DNA of 64,000 nt, from assembly GCA_963747235.1 (NCBI GenBank), contig CAVVEU010000008.1, forward strand, positions 416,001 to 480,000. The letters are read 5' to 3'. This document shows positions 1 through 11,759 of this stretch, one piece after another. This stretch comes from an uncultured Candidatus Rokubacteria bacterium (GTDB taxonomy: Bacteria; Methylomirabilota; Methylomirabilia; Rokubacteriales; CSP1-6). The notes under the pieces were generated by a model. The model saw only the letters and a list, made by a program, of their open reading frames with translations, was not told where the DNA came from and ran no database searches. The translations under genes were made by a program, and so were the position numbers. Every line of letters starts with the position of its first letter. Position 1 is the first letter of the stretch.

Positions 1-1238
1 TCGTCAACACGACGATTCTCGACGGCAGCGGAGCGGCGCCGTTCCCCGGCGACGTGCGGGTGGAAGGCCAGCGCATCGTCGCGGTGCAGCGGGGCGGGGG
101 GCTCCCGCGCGGGGAGGCCCGGGTCATCGACGGGGTCGGCGCCACGCTGATGCCGGGGCTCATCGAGCCGCACGGCCACGTGAGCTACCCCGACGCGGCC
201 CGCAACTCCGACTTCACGCGGCTGCCGCCCGAGGAGCACCTCCTGGCGACGATTCGCAACGCCAAGACCTTGCTCGACTGCGGGTACACCAGCGTGCTCT
301 CGGCGGCCTCGGCCAAGCCGCGGCTCGACATCGTGGTCCGCAACGAGATCGAGGCCGGGCGCATCCCCGGGCCGCGTTACCTGGCCAATGGCCCGGAGAT
401 CACCGTCACCGGGGGGCTGGGCGACGAGAACGCGCTGCACCTGCCGCATCTCGAGACGCCGACCTTCGCCTGGCTGGCCGACGGGCCGGACGAGATCCGC
501 CGGGTCTGCCGGCTGCTCGTGCGCGAGGGCGTCGATCTCCTGAAGCTGAACATCTCGGGCGACACCGGGCCGCGCAACTCGCGCTCCCAGCGCGCGGTGA
601 TGAGCGACGCCGAGGTGGCCGCGGCCATGGAGGTCGCGCGGGCCGGGGCGGTGCGGGTGTGCGCCCACGCCCGCAGCGCCGAGTCGGTGAAGATGTGCGT
701 GCGGCACGGGGTGGGCATCATCTACCACGCCAATTTCGCGGACGAGGAGGCCCTCGATCTGCTCGAGGCCAATCGCGACTGGTGCTTCGTCGCCCCCGCG
801 GTGGGCCTCACCTACCAGGCGTGCTACGCGGCGAGCGAGTGGGGGTTCACGCCCGAGATGGCGCGCGAGCGCGGCCTCCTGGAGGAGCTCGAGGTCTCGG
901 TGGCCACCATGGGCCAGATGCGGAAACGCGGTATCCGGGTGCTGCCGGGTGGCGACTACGGCTTCGCCTGGAACCCGCACGGAACGTACGCGCGGGACCT
1001 GCTGCTCTTCGTGGACGTGCTCGGCTTCTCGCCGATGGAGACCCTGGTCGCGGCCACCCGGATGGGCGGCGAGATCATGGGGCGGCCCCAGGAGCTGGGG
1101 CAGGTGAAGGCGGGCTACCTCGCGGACCTGCTGCTCGTGGACGGCGACCCGCTGACCGACATCAAGCGGCTCCAGCGGCAGGACGCGCTGCTGATGATCA
1201 TGAAGGACGGCCACCTGCACAAAGGAGGAGCGCGATGA
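1..1238 (+). CDS. Metal-dependent amidohydrolase (Xaa-Pro dipeptidase/HutI-like), 5'-truncated by window edge
   Basis: Frame is open from the window start (VNTTILDGSG...). Motifs MPGLIEPHGH, CAHA, IYHANF, GGDYG, ADLLLVDGDPL. Confidence 0.85.
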   Translation, partial: VNTTILDGSGAAPFPGDVRVEGQRIVAVQRGGGLPRGEARVIDGVGATLMPGLIEPHGHVSYPDAARNSDFTRLPPEEHLLATIRNAKTLLDCGYTSVLSAASAKPRLDIVVRNEIEAGRIPGPRYLANGPEITVTGGLGDENALHLPHLETPTFAWLADGPDEIRRVCRLLVREGVDLLKLNISGDTGPRNSRSQRAVMSDAEVAAAMEVARAGAVRVCAHARSAESVKMCVRHGVGIIYHANFADEEALDLLEANRDWCFVAPAVGLTYQACYAASEWGFTPEMARERGLLEELEVSVATMGQMRKRGIRVLPGGDYGFAWNPHGTYARDLLLFVDVLGFSPMETLVAATRMGGEIMGRPQELGQVKAGYLADLLLVDGDPLTDIKRLQRQDALLMIMKDGHLHKGGAR

Positions 1239-1672
1239 CCGAGCGAGTCGTGCGGCTGTCCACCCTGATCGCGGTGCTGGGACTCATCTGGGCGGGGGCG
1301 GCCTCGGCCTAGGAGTGCAGCGGCACCATCACCGCCGACGAGGCGATGAAGGCCGAGACCGCGCGCTACGCCGCGCAGACGTCGAACGACTTCGCGGCGA
1401 TGGACAAGCTGTTCGGCAACGACCCCACGTACAAGCACTCCTCCGCGGTGAGCGACGACAAGGCGAAGTGCATCGACGCGATGCGCTCCGGCCGCACGAA
1501 GTACCGCAAGATGACCCCGAATGGCGACGCCAAGACGCGCGCGTACGGCTGCATCGCGATCATCACCGGCACCGCGGTGTACGCGGTGCCGGCGGGCGGC
1601 CAGGATCGCACCGTGCCGCTGCGCTTCACCGCGATCTGGGCGAAGCGGCCGTCGGGGCTCGAGTTCGTGTAG
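1235..1672 (+). pseudogene. Secreted NTF2-like/DUF4440 protein with in-frame TAG at 1310-1312 and apparently truncated C-terminus
   Basis: ATG 1235 gives a signal peptide ending ASA, then TAG, then in-frame ECSGTITADEAMKAE...YKHSS...FTAIWAKRPSGLEFV*. The SnoaL/NTF2-like pattern ends abruptly. Confidence 0.6.
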
Positions 1673-1977
1673 CCCTCCTCGGAGGAGGGGGCACCCGCTC
1701 TAGTGAAGGTGTCCTTACACGGTGACCCCCTCGACGGAGAATCTCGGCCGAATTTAGTTGAAAACCGGCCGGGGACTGGCGCAAGATTTCACTGCGTTTA
1801 TTCCACGTCCTCCTCCCCGGTGGACGGTTGGAGTGGCTGGCGATGATGAGGACTCTGAAGGCCGGCGAGACACCAGAGGGCCCGAGCAGAAGCGCGTCAT
1901 GTCCATGAAGCGTGACTGGTCTGCGATGCGACGGGAGGCAAGGCGGTAGTTCATTCGGAATCGACGGAGAGGCTGCG

Positions 1978-2631
1978 ATGGGACGCAAGAAGCCGGCGAG
2001 AATCGACGCGAAGACCTTCCTGACGAAGGCGGGCACGGGCCGGTCGGTCTCCGGGTACCGGAAGAATCAGGTGATCTTCGCCCAGGGCGATCCGGCGGAC
2101 GCGGTGTTCTACCTCGAGCGAGGGCAGGTCAAGCTGGCGGTGCTCTCGAAAGGGGGGAAATCCGCGATCGTGGCCCTGCTCGGTCCCGGAGACTTCTTCG
2201 GCGAAGGGTGTCTCGCGGGCCAGCCCCTTCGCATGGCCAGCGCGTCGGCGATGACCGACGTGTCGCTGGTGCGGATCGCGCGGCAGGCCATGATCCGTCT
2301 GCTCCACGAGCGGTCACCGTTCGCCGAGCGCTTCATGGCCCACCTGCTGGCCCGCAACGTGCGCTTCGAGGAAGACCTGGTGGATCAGCTCTTCAACTCG
2401 AGCGAGAAGCGCCTGGCTCGGGTGCTCCTGCTCCTGGCCCGCTTTGGCAAGGAAGGGACAACCGAGCCGGTGATCCCGAAGATCAGCCAGGAGGTCCTGG
2501 CTGAAATGGTCGGGACCACCCGGCCGCGGATCAGCGGGTTCATGAACAAGTTCCGGAAGCTCGGCTTCATCGACTACAACGGCGGCCTGCACATCCACAG
2601 CTCGCTACTCAACGTCCTCCTGCACGCGTGA
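1978..2631 (+). CDS. Crp/Fnr family transcriptional regulator
   Basis: cNMP domain (IFAQGDPADAVFY, GDFFGEGCL), SEKRLAR, C-terminal HTH (SQEVLAEMVGTTRPRIS). GGAGAGG RBS before ATG 1978. Confidence 0.93.
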   Translation: MGRKKPARIDAKTFLTKAGTGRSVSGYRKNQVIFAQGDPADAVFYLERGQVKLAVLSKGGKSAIVALLGPGDFFGEGCLAGQPLRMASASAMTDVSLVRIARQAMIRLLHERSPFAERFMAHLLARNVRFEEDLVDQLFNSSEKRLARVLLLLARFGKEGTTEPVIPKISQEVLAEMVGTTRPRISGFMNKFRKLGFIDYNGGLHIHSSLLNVLLHA

Positions 2632-2641
2632 GGCGGGGGAC

Positions 2642-4276
<1,635 letters not shown>

Positions 4277-4312
4277 TCATGGGTGCGAACGGTAGGACTG
4301 CGGCGGAGCCGG

Positions 4313-4621
4313 TTAGGAGTTGAGGATGCCGAGAACGTCCTCCTCCTTCATGATGAGGTACTCCTCGCCGTTCACCGTGACCTCGCTCCCGGAGTACTTG
4401 CCGAAGAGGACGCGATCGCCCGCCTTGACGTCGAGCGGGGTCTTCTTGCCGTCCTCGGAGACCTTGCCCTTGCCCACCGCGATGACCTTGCCCTCCTGCG
4501 GCTTTTCCTTCGCGCTGTCGGGGATGATGATGCCGCTCTTCCGCGCGGGCTCCTCGTCGATCCGCTTGAGCAGGACACGGTCGTGGAGCGGGTGCAGAGT
4601 CATCTTCTTGTCTTGAGCCAT
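4313..4621 (-). CDS. groS: Co-chaperonin GroES
   Basis: [20 protein letters not shown]...[22 protein letters not shown]...KYSGSEV. AAGGAGAGG RBS upstream of ATG 4621. The listed ORF is over-extended. Confidence 0.98.
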   Translation of the reverse strand: MAQDKKMTLHPLHDRVLLKRIDEEPARKSGIIIPDSAKEKPQEGKVIAVGKGKVSEDGKKTPLDVKAGDRVLFGKYSGSEVTVNGEEYLIMKEEDVLGILNS

Positions 4622-4687
4622 GGTGCCTCTCCTTGGTGGGGGGAGAACTGGTTGGCCCCGAGGGTAGCAGCCCCGCCGGACGCCCGC

Positions 4688-4753
4688 CCATTGGACTTTG
4701 GTCCAATGGCGCATGTTCCGTTCGACACACATCGGGTTGTTCAGTTCGGCACA
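4688..4753. promoter_or_regulatory. Putative operators in the groES/kinase divergent intergenic region: palindrome CCATTGGAC-N4-GTCCAATGG and two TGT-N10-ACA boxes
   Basis: Perfect 9-bp inverted repeat at 4688-4709. TGTTCCGTTCGACACA (4714-4729) and TGTTCAGTTCGGCACA (4738-4753) are 14/16 identical. Confidence 0.5.
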
Positions 4754-4843
4754 GACCTTAAATGGGGGCTCGTAGTGTACTGGCTTTCTTAGTCTTGGTG
4801 GACGTACCGCACCCGGGGGACACCTGGCGAATGGGAGGCCCTT

Positions 4844-7359
4844 ATGAGTGTGATGACACAGCGTGCGGACATTCTGATCGTGGACGATGACCCCGGCATG
4901 CTCGAGACGCTCGGGGATGTGCTCTCGCGGGAGGGCCATCGGGTCCACTCCGCGAACCGCGGCAGCGCCGCGCTCAGCCGGCTGATCCAGTCGCCCCCGG
5001 TGGACGTGGCCATCGTCGACTTCAAGCTGCCGGACATCTCGGGCATCGAGCTGCTGGGCAGCTTCAAGGCCAGCTCGCCCGACACCGAGGTGATCCTCAT
5101 CACCGGGTACGGCTCGCTCGCGACCGCGCTGGAGGCCATCGAGGGGCAGGTCGCGTCGTATCTCGTCAAGCCGCTCGACGTCGACCATCTCCTCAAGACG
5201 GTCGAGCAGGCCCTGGCCCGGCAGCGGCTCGTTCGGGCCCTGCGCGAGTCGGAGGAGCGGTACCGGCTCGTCACCGACGCCCTGACCGAGGCGGTCCTGC
5301 TCCTGAACCCCAGCGGCCACGTGGTGCTGGCCAACCGGTATGCCGAGACCCTCACCGCGTACGGCGAGGCCGAGCTCCGGGACCAGCCGATCGTCCAGCT
5401 CTTGACCCCGGACGGCGGGGAGCGCGTGACGGCCCGGCTCGAGGCCGCGCGGCGCGGCGAGGAAGCGCCGCCCTTCGAGTGCGAGCTCCTCCGGCAGGAC
5501 GGCACCCGGGTGTGGATCGAGGCCACCGTGAGCCGGGTCACGAAGTCGGAGCGGATCGTGGGCTATCTCACGGTGGCGCGTGACATCAGCGACCGCCGGC
5601 GGGGCACGCGGGCCACCCGGGCCATGGCCCAGGTCGGACGGGACCTCTGGCCCCCCTGGACGTTGGGTCGGCCGCGGACCGCATCGTCACGGCCGTGGTC
5701 GAGGTCTTCCAGGGCCGGCGGGCCGTGCTGTACGAGATCGACGCCGCGTCCCTGGTCTGCGTGGCGGCCGCCGGCTCGGGAGATGCCAGGAGCTGGGTAG
5801 GTTGGCGCCTGCCGTCCGGCGTCGGGATCGCGTGGCGGGCGCTGGCGGAAGACCGGACCGTGACCTCGGCGGAGACGCCCGAGTCGGCCCTCCCCGTCGG
5901 CGCCGACCCGCGGCTCGTCGAGGAGGAGACCGAGTCCACCGTGGCGCTGCCGCTGCGGGCCAGGGGGCAGCTCCTCGGCGTCCTCGTGCTGGGCGGCGGC
6001 GCGCATCGGGTGTTCGGCGAGGCCGAGATCGAGCTCCTGAGCGTGTTCGGCGCCCAGGCGGCGCTGATTCTCCAGAACGCGCACCTCTTCGCCAAGAGCG
6101 AGCGGCGCCGGCGGGTGGCCGAGCGCCTGGCCGAGATCGCGAACCTCCTGCCGCAGTCGCTGGCCGTCGAGGAGGTCGGGCAGCGCATCGCGGACGGTGT
6201 CTTCGCGGTGCTGGACGTCCGGGTCGCCGCCGTGTTCGGGCTCGACCGGGCCACCGCCGATCCCGTCGTCGTCGCGGTCTCGGGCGACACGGAGCTGGGT
6301 AACCGGCCCGAGATCGTGTTCCCCGAGGCCGCCGGGATGATCGATCTTGCGGTCCGGGACCGCCAGCCCGTGCTGACGCCGGACATCCTGATGGAGCCGA
6401 GGGTCTCGCTCACCCCGGAGCTGCGGGCGGCGATCGAGGCGGCCCAGTATCACGCCGTGCTCGCGGTTCCGCTCATCGTGCAGGATCGGGTGATCGGGGC
6501 CCTCGGCGTGGGCGACCTCGCGGGACGGTCCTTCGGCGCGGAGGAGATCGAGATCGTTCGCGCCTTCGCCGATCAGGCCGCCATCGTGCTGGAGAACCAT
6601 CAGCTCTACGGAGAGCTGCGCGAAGCGCTGACCGCGGTCCGCTCGTCGCAGGAGCAGCTCGTCGTGACCGAGCGCCTGCAGGCGGTGGGCACGCTGGCCG
6701 CCGGGGTCACCCACTACGTGAACAACGTGCTGCAGGCGGTCCTGGGCAGCGCCCAGCTTCTCCTCCGCGAATCCACGGAGCCCGGAGTCCGGAAGCGACT
6801 CGAAACGCTCGAGAGGACCACGATGGATGCCGCGGACATCATGCGACGGGTGAAGTCCTTCACCGAGGCCACGACGCTCTCGGACGCCATGCCGCTCGAC
6901 CTGAACCGGCTCGTGCGGGACCTGCTCAATGCCCGGGCAACCCCGTGGGCGCCCCTGGTGTCCGCCGGAACGATCGAGGTGGCCTTCGAGCCCGGCGAGA
7001 TCTCGGAGGTGCTGGCCCTGCCCGCGCCGCTCCGCGAGGTGCTCGTGGCCTTGATCCTCAACGCGGTCGAGGCGCTGCCGGCCGGTGGCCGGATCGCGCT
7101 CCGGACGTGGGCCACACCCGAGGCCGTCTACTGCGCGGTCGCCGATTCCGGCAAGGGCCTGTCCGACGAGGTGCGGCACCGCGCGCTGGAGCCCTTCTTC
7201 ACCACGAAGGGCCCTCGACACCAGGGGCTCGGGCTGAGCCTGGCGTACGGGATCATCCGGCGGCACCGCGGCGAGCTCGAGATCCCGCGGGACGAAGGGC
7301 AGGGCGGCATCGTGACCTTCCATCTGCCGCCTCACCGTCATAACGGCGGGAGGCCGTAG
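4844..7359 (+). CDS. Hybrid sensor histidine kinase (REC-PAS-GAF-GAF-HisKA-HATPase), frameshift near 5650
   Basis: ILIVDDD...AIVDFKLPD...YLVKP receiver; PAS ([17 protein letters not shown]); two GAFs; H-box GVTHYVNN; [19 protein letters not shown]. Confidence 0.88.
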
Positions 7360-7375
7360 TCTTCCTCTCGCCCGG

Positions 7376-7545
7376 ATGACTCCCCGGGCAGGATCCTCGT
7401 CCTCGACGACGATCGCCACGCTGGCGCGGGTCGGGCTCGACCTCCTGACGACCAGCCCGGCGGACGTCGCGATCGGCGCGCTCGATCAGGGCGCCACCTT
7501 GAGGCTCACGACCGACTGCCTGGTCGAGCTGGACGGCTTGCGTCT
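7376..7545 (+). pseudogene. Degenerate response-regulator receiver remnant
   Basis: Pieces in different frames read PGRILVLDDD, GLDLLTTSPADVAI and ALDQGA, i.e. a receiver domain with internal deletions. Confidence 0.4.
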
Positions 7546-7906
7546 ACTTCACGCGCTCCAGCTTGGCCGACCCGCGTCCGTCCGCTCGCACGAAGAAGAG
7601 CACGTCCTTGCCGCCCTCCTGGGACAGGGTGACGGTTCCCGCCGAGTTGGCTGACTGAAACGACGTCTTGCCGCCGGCGGTGGTGATCTTCCCGGCCGTC
7701 TTGGTCCCGTTCGCCGAGATGCCCTCGTAGGAGCCGTCCGGCTTGATCCGGATGGCCGCCGCCGAGGTCCCGCCGATCGAGCGCCAGTCGCCGGTCAGGC
7801 TCTTCACGTTGGCGATCGGCTTGTCCGGTGCCGCGAAGGCAACGGTGGCCAGGCTCAGGACGAGCAGGCCCACCACGAGTGGAAACCGCATCATTTCTGT
7901 CGCCAT
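7544..7906 (-). CDS. Hypothetical secreted protein
   Basis: Signal peptide (LVVGLLVLSLATVAFA), then a beta-rich domain (LTGDWRS...DGSY). GC-typical codon usage. Confidence 0.7.
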   Translation of the reverse strand: MATEMMRFPLVVGLLVLSLATVAFAAPDKPIANVKSLTGDWRSIGGTSAAAIRIKPDGSYEGISANGTKTAGKITTAGGKTSFQSANSAGTVTLSQEGGKDVLFFVRADGRGSAKLERVK

Positions 7907-8217
7907 AGTCTCTGTCGCTCCAGTTCGGCGGCTTTCTGAGCCTTGTAGGACTCCTGCTGGGCCGCGGTGCCGCGGTACAGGTCGTCACGCCGCTTCGTCT
8001 CCCGCGCGCCGTCACTGAGGGCCGGCTGGCCGACTCCGGTCGGCCCGATCCAGACCGCGGCATCGCGGTAGTCCGCGGGGACGTCGAGCTTGTACTGCAC
8101 GACCTTGCTGACGCCGTCGGCGTCCGCGTACCGGTACTGGGCGCCCGCCTCCCCGGCGACGAGCAGGATGCCCACACCGAGTCCCGTGGCCGCTGCGAAT
8201 CGTACGGATCGTCTCAT
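7891..8217 (-). CDS. Hypothetical secreted protein
   Basis: Signal peptide ending AGA, then QYRYADADG...VPADYR. GGGGAG RBS upstream. Confidence 0.65.
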   Translation of the reverse strand: MRRSVRFAAATGLGVGILLVAGEAGAQYRYADADGVSKVVQYKLDVPADYRDAAVWIGPTGVGQPALSDGARETKRRDDLYRGTAAQQESYKAQKAAELERQRLWRQK

Positions 8218-8369
8218 GATGGTGTACTCCCCTCGGTGAAATATGTGCAGGTTCGGGGCCAGAACCGCCGCGTGACATTTGGCCTACTTGGGGCCACGAG
8301 AGCCGGCCGGCGTGACGGCGAGTGTCGCTCGGCTTGACGAAGCGCCGGTTTGGGCTGATCCTCGGGCGC

Positions 8370-9192
8370 ATGAGCACGATCACCACGAAGGACGGCACCC
8401 AGATCTACTACAAGGACTGGGGCAGCGGGCAGCCCGTCGTCTTCAGCCACGGCTGGCCGCTGAGCGCGGACGCGTGGGAAGACCAGATGCTCTTTCTCGG
8501 CGCCCGCGGCTACCGCTGCATCGCCCACGACCGCCGGGGCCACGGCCGGTCGAGCCAGCCCTGGAACGGCAACGAGATGGACACCTACGCCGACGATCTC
8601 GCGGCGCTGGTCGACGCGCTCGATCTCGAAGAGCGCGATCCACGTCGGCCACTCCACCGGCGGCGGCGAGGTCGCCCGCTACCTCGGCCGCCACGGCACG
8701 AAGCGGGTGGCCAAGGCGGTGCTGATCGGCGCGGTGCCGCCGATCATGCTCAAGACGGCCGCCAACCCGGGCGGCCTGCCGATGGACGCCTTCGACCAGA
8801 TCCGCACCGGCGTCCTCGCCGACCGCGCGCAGTTCTTCAAGGATCTCTCCACGCCGTTCTACGGCGCCAACCGGCCGGGCGCCAAGGTCTCGCAGGGCCT
8901 GCGCGACTCGTTCTGGCTCCAGGGGATGCTGGCCGGCTTCAAGGGCGTCTTCGACTGCATCAAGGCCTTCTCGGAGACGGACTTCACCGAGGACCTCAAG
9001 AAGATCGACGTGCCGACGCTGATCCTGCACGGCGACGACGACCAGATCGTGCCGATCGGCGCCTCGGCGATGCTGTCGTCGAAGCTCGTGAAGGGCGCCA
9101 CGCTGAAGGTCTACCCGGGCCTGCCGCACGGGATGTGCTCGACGCACAAGGTTCAGATCAACGCGGACCTGCTCGCGTTCCTCCAGGCATGA
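8370..9192 (+). CDS. cpo: Non-heme chloroperoxidase/arylesterase-type alpha/beta hydrolase, frameshift near 8630
   Basis: [31 protein letters not shown], nucleophile GHSTGGGE (shifted frame), [12 protein letters not shown]. Confidence 0.9.
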
Positions 9193-9656
9193 GCGAGCCC
9201 CTCGCGCGGCGCGGGCTGCTGATCGGCGCCGTGACCGTCGCGCTCGCCGCGGCGGGCGCGCGTCTGGCCGGCGCGGCGGCGAAGCCCACGATCACGGTCC
9301 ACAAGTCCCCGACCTGAGGCTGCTGCGCGGCGTGGGTCGGGCACCTGCGCGCAAGTGGTTACGCGGTGAAGACGGAGGACAACGAGGATCTCGCGCCCAT
9401 CAAGCGGAAGCTCGGCGTGCCGCGGGCGCTGCAGAGCTGCCACACCGCGGTGGTCGAGGGGTACGTCGTCGAGGGGCACGTCCCCGCCGATCTGATCGAC
9501 CGCCTGCTGCGCGAGCGGCCCTCCGTGGTCGGCCTCGCGGTGCCGGGCATGCCCATCGGCTCCCCGGGCATGGAGGCGCCCGGGCAGGCCGCCGAGCGCT
9601 ACCAGGTGCTCGCGTTCGATCAGAAGGGCCGCACCACCATCTTCGCCAGCCGCTGA
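9189..9656 (+). CDS. Exported DUF411-family metal-binding/thioredoxin-fold protein, probable selenoprotein (Sec at TGA 9315-9317, UGCC motif)
   Basis: ATG 9189 overlaps the upstream stop. Tat-like RRGLL leader, then [20 protein letters not shown], continuing in frame into [18 protein letters not shown]...[15 protein letters not shown]. The family motif is KSPTCGCC. Confidence 0.85.
9330..9350 (+). promoter_or_regulatory. Putative bacterial SECIS hairpin
   Basis: GCGTGGGT-[CGGGC]-ACCTGCGC: 8-bp stem (two G-U pairs) starting 12 nt after the TGA, with G at loop position 2. Confidence 0.6.
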
Positions 9657-9661
9657 CGCCC

Positions 9662-10855
9662 GTGCCTGCGTTCGGCGCGCGCGAGGGTCACGGGCCCCTG
9701 AGTGGCGTCACGGTGCTCGATCTGAGCGGCTACGTGGCCGGTCCCTATGGCTGCACCCTGCTCGGCGATCAGGGCGCCCTCGTCATCAAGGTCGAGCCGC
9801 CCGAGGGCGACAACCTCCGCAACTACCCGTCCACGCTCCCCGGCGAGAGCCGGGCGTTCCTCGGAGTCAATCGCAACAAGCACGGCATCGGCCTCGACCT
9901 CAAGCATCCCGACGGCCTGGGCGTGCTGCGCCGATTGGTCTCCCGCGCCGACGTGCTGGTCCACAACTTCCGGCCGTCGGTGCCCGCGCGGCTCGGCATC
10001 GACTACGACCGGATGCGGGCGGTGAACGAGCGCCTGATCTACTGCGCGCTGACCGGCTACGGCGACCGGGGCCCGCTCAAGGATCGCGCCGGGTACGACC
10101 AGGTGCTCCAGACCATGACCGGCATCGCGGTCGAGCAGGGCAAGCCGGGCGATCCCGCGATCGTGTACGGCTCCGCGGTGGACTTCTACTCGGCCTCGAT
10201 GCTGGCCTTCGCGGTGTCCTCCGCGCTCTTCGAGCGCTCGCGCACCGGGCGCGGCCAGTACGTGAGCGTGTCGCTCCTGCGCAGCGCGCTCACGATGCAG
10301 GCCACCCGGCTGGTGTGGGTGGACGGAGAGCCGCGCGACGTCTGGCGCGACATGCGCTCGGGAGGCATCACCGGGATCCACCCGACGAAGCACGGCAGCC
10401 TCTACATCTCGGCCAACACGCCGCACTTCTGGCAGGCCCTGTGCGAGCTGACCGGGCTGGCCGACCTCGCGAGCGATCCGCGGTTCGACACGGTGCGGAA
10501 GCGGGCGGAGCACGAGGCGGTGCTCGTCCCGCGGCTGCGCGCGGCGCTGCAGGCGCGCACCGCGGTCGAGTGGGAGGCGCACTTCGGCGAGCGCGTGCCC
10601 TGCGCGGCGGCGCGTCCGGTGGAGGACATGTTCGACCATCCGCAGGTGGCCGCGGAGGGCATCCTGGCCAGCTTCGAGCACCCGGGGGTGGGGCACTACC
10701 GCGGCATGGCGCATCCGGTGCGCTTCGGCGATGGCCCACCGCCCGCGCCCTTCGCGGCGCCGCAGCTCGGGCAGCACTCGCGGGAGATCCTGGCGAGCCT
10801 CGGCTACGCCGACGCGGAGATCGAGCGGCTGCGTGGCGCGGGCGCGGTGGTCTGA
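9662..10855 (+). CDS. CaiB/BaiF family III CoA-transferase
   Basis: GPLSGVTVLDLSGYVAGPY, GALVIKVEPPEGD, NRNK, ADVLVHNFRP, AGYD, APQLGQHSREIL. Confidence 0.93.
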   Translation: MPAFGAREGHGPLSGVTVLDLSGYVAGPYGCTLLGDQGALVIKVEPPEGDNLRNYPSTLPGESRAFLGVNRNKHGIGLDLKHPDGLGVLRRLVSRADVLVHNFRPSVPARLGIDYDRMRAVNERLIYCALTGYGDRGPLKDRAGYDQVLQTMTGIAVEQGKPGDPAIVYGSAVDFYSASMLAFAVSSALFERSRTGRGQYVSVSLLRSALTMQATRLVWVDGEPRDVWRDMRSGGITGIHPTKHGSLYISANTPHFWQALCELTGLADLASDPRFDTVRKRAEHEAVLVPRLRAALQARTAVEWEAHFGERVPCAAARPVEDMFDHPQVAAEGILASFEHPGVGHYRGMAHPVRFGDGPPPAPFAAPQLGQHSREILASLGYADAEIERLRGAGAVV

Positions 10856-10857
10856 TC

Positions 10858-11756
10858 GTGGCGGACCTCCTCATGCGCAGCAAGCTCTTCGTGCCCGCCT
10901 CGCGGCCCGAGCTCTTCGCGAAGGCCCTGGCCGGCGCCGCCGACGCGCTCTCGTTCGACCTGGAGGACGCGGTCCAGGAGAGCCGGAAGGCCGACGCGCG
11001 CGGGACGCTGGAAGCCTTCCTGCGCCAGGCCTCCGAGCGCCCGCCGGGCAAGATTCTCATCGTGCGGGTGAACGGGCTGACGACGCCGCACTTCGAGGCC
11101 GACCTGCGGGCGGTGGCGTGGCCGGCGGTGGACATGATCAACCTGCCCGAAGCCCGAGTCCGCGGAGGACGTGCGGGCCGCGGCGGCCGCGCTCGCCCGG
11201 GTGGAGGCGGAGCGGCGGATCGGGCGCCCCATCGGCATTCTCGCGAACATCGAATCGCCGCGGGGGCTGCGGCTGGCCCTCGAGATCGCGACGGCGCACC
11301 CGCGGGTCGTCGGGCTCCAGCTCGGCCTGGGCGATCTCTTCGAGCCCTACGGCATCGACCGGGCCGACGCCCGCGCGGTCCACGCCACGCAGCTCACCGT
11401 GCGCCTCGCCGCGGCCGAGGCGGGCATCTGGGCGTGCGACACGGTCTACGGGACGGTGGCGGATCCCGAGGGCTTCACGCGCGAGGCGGAAGCGCGCGCG
11501 GCGGCTCGGCTTCATCGGCAAGTCCTGCATCCATCCCACCCAGGTCCCGCTCGCCAATGCGGTGTTCCGCCCGAGCGACGCCGAGATCGCCGCGGCCCTC
11601 AGGGTGGTCGAGGCCGCGCGCGGCGCCGAGCGCAACGGGGTCGGGGCCTTCCTGGTGGACGGCCGCATGATCGACATCCCCTTCGTCAAGCGCGCCGAGT
11701 CGATTCTGGGCGCGGCCCGCCGGCTCGGCCTGGTCCCCGCCGACCGCGGGGCCTGA
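10858..11756 (+). CDS. CitE-like (HpcH/HpaI) CoA-ester lyase, frameshifts near 11150 and 11495
   Basis: MRSKLFVPASRPE, FDLEDAV, VRVN, NIESPRG, GLGDL, GFIGKSCIHPTQV, VDGRMIDIP. Confidence 0.88.
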
Positions 11757-11759
11757 GCC

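Noticed and set aside
1310-1312. In-frame TAG as pyrrolysine or recoded stop
   Set aside because: It falls at the first residue after the signal-peptide cleavage site (likely CAG to TAG), not at a catalytic site. The gene also looks truncated, and TAG is a normal stop elsewhere in the window.
1777-1792. TGGCGCAAGATTTCA as a sigma54 promoter for crp
   Set aside because: The -12 position reads CA rather than GC.
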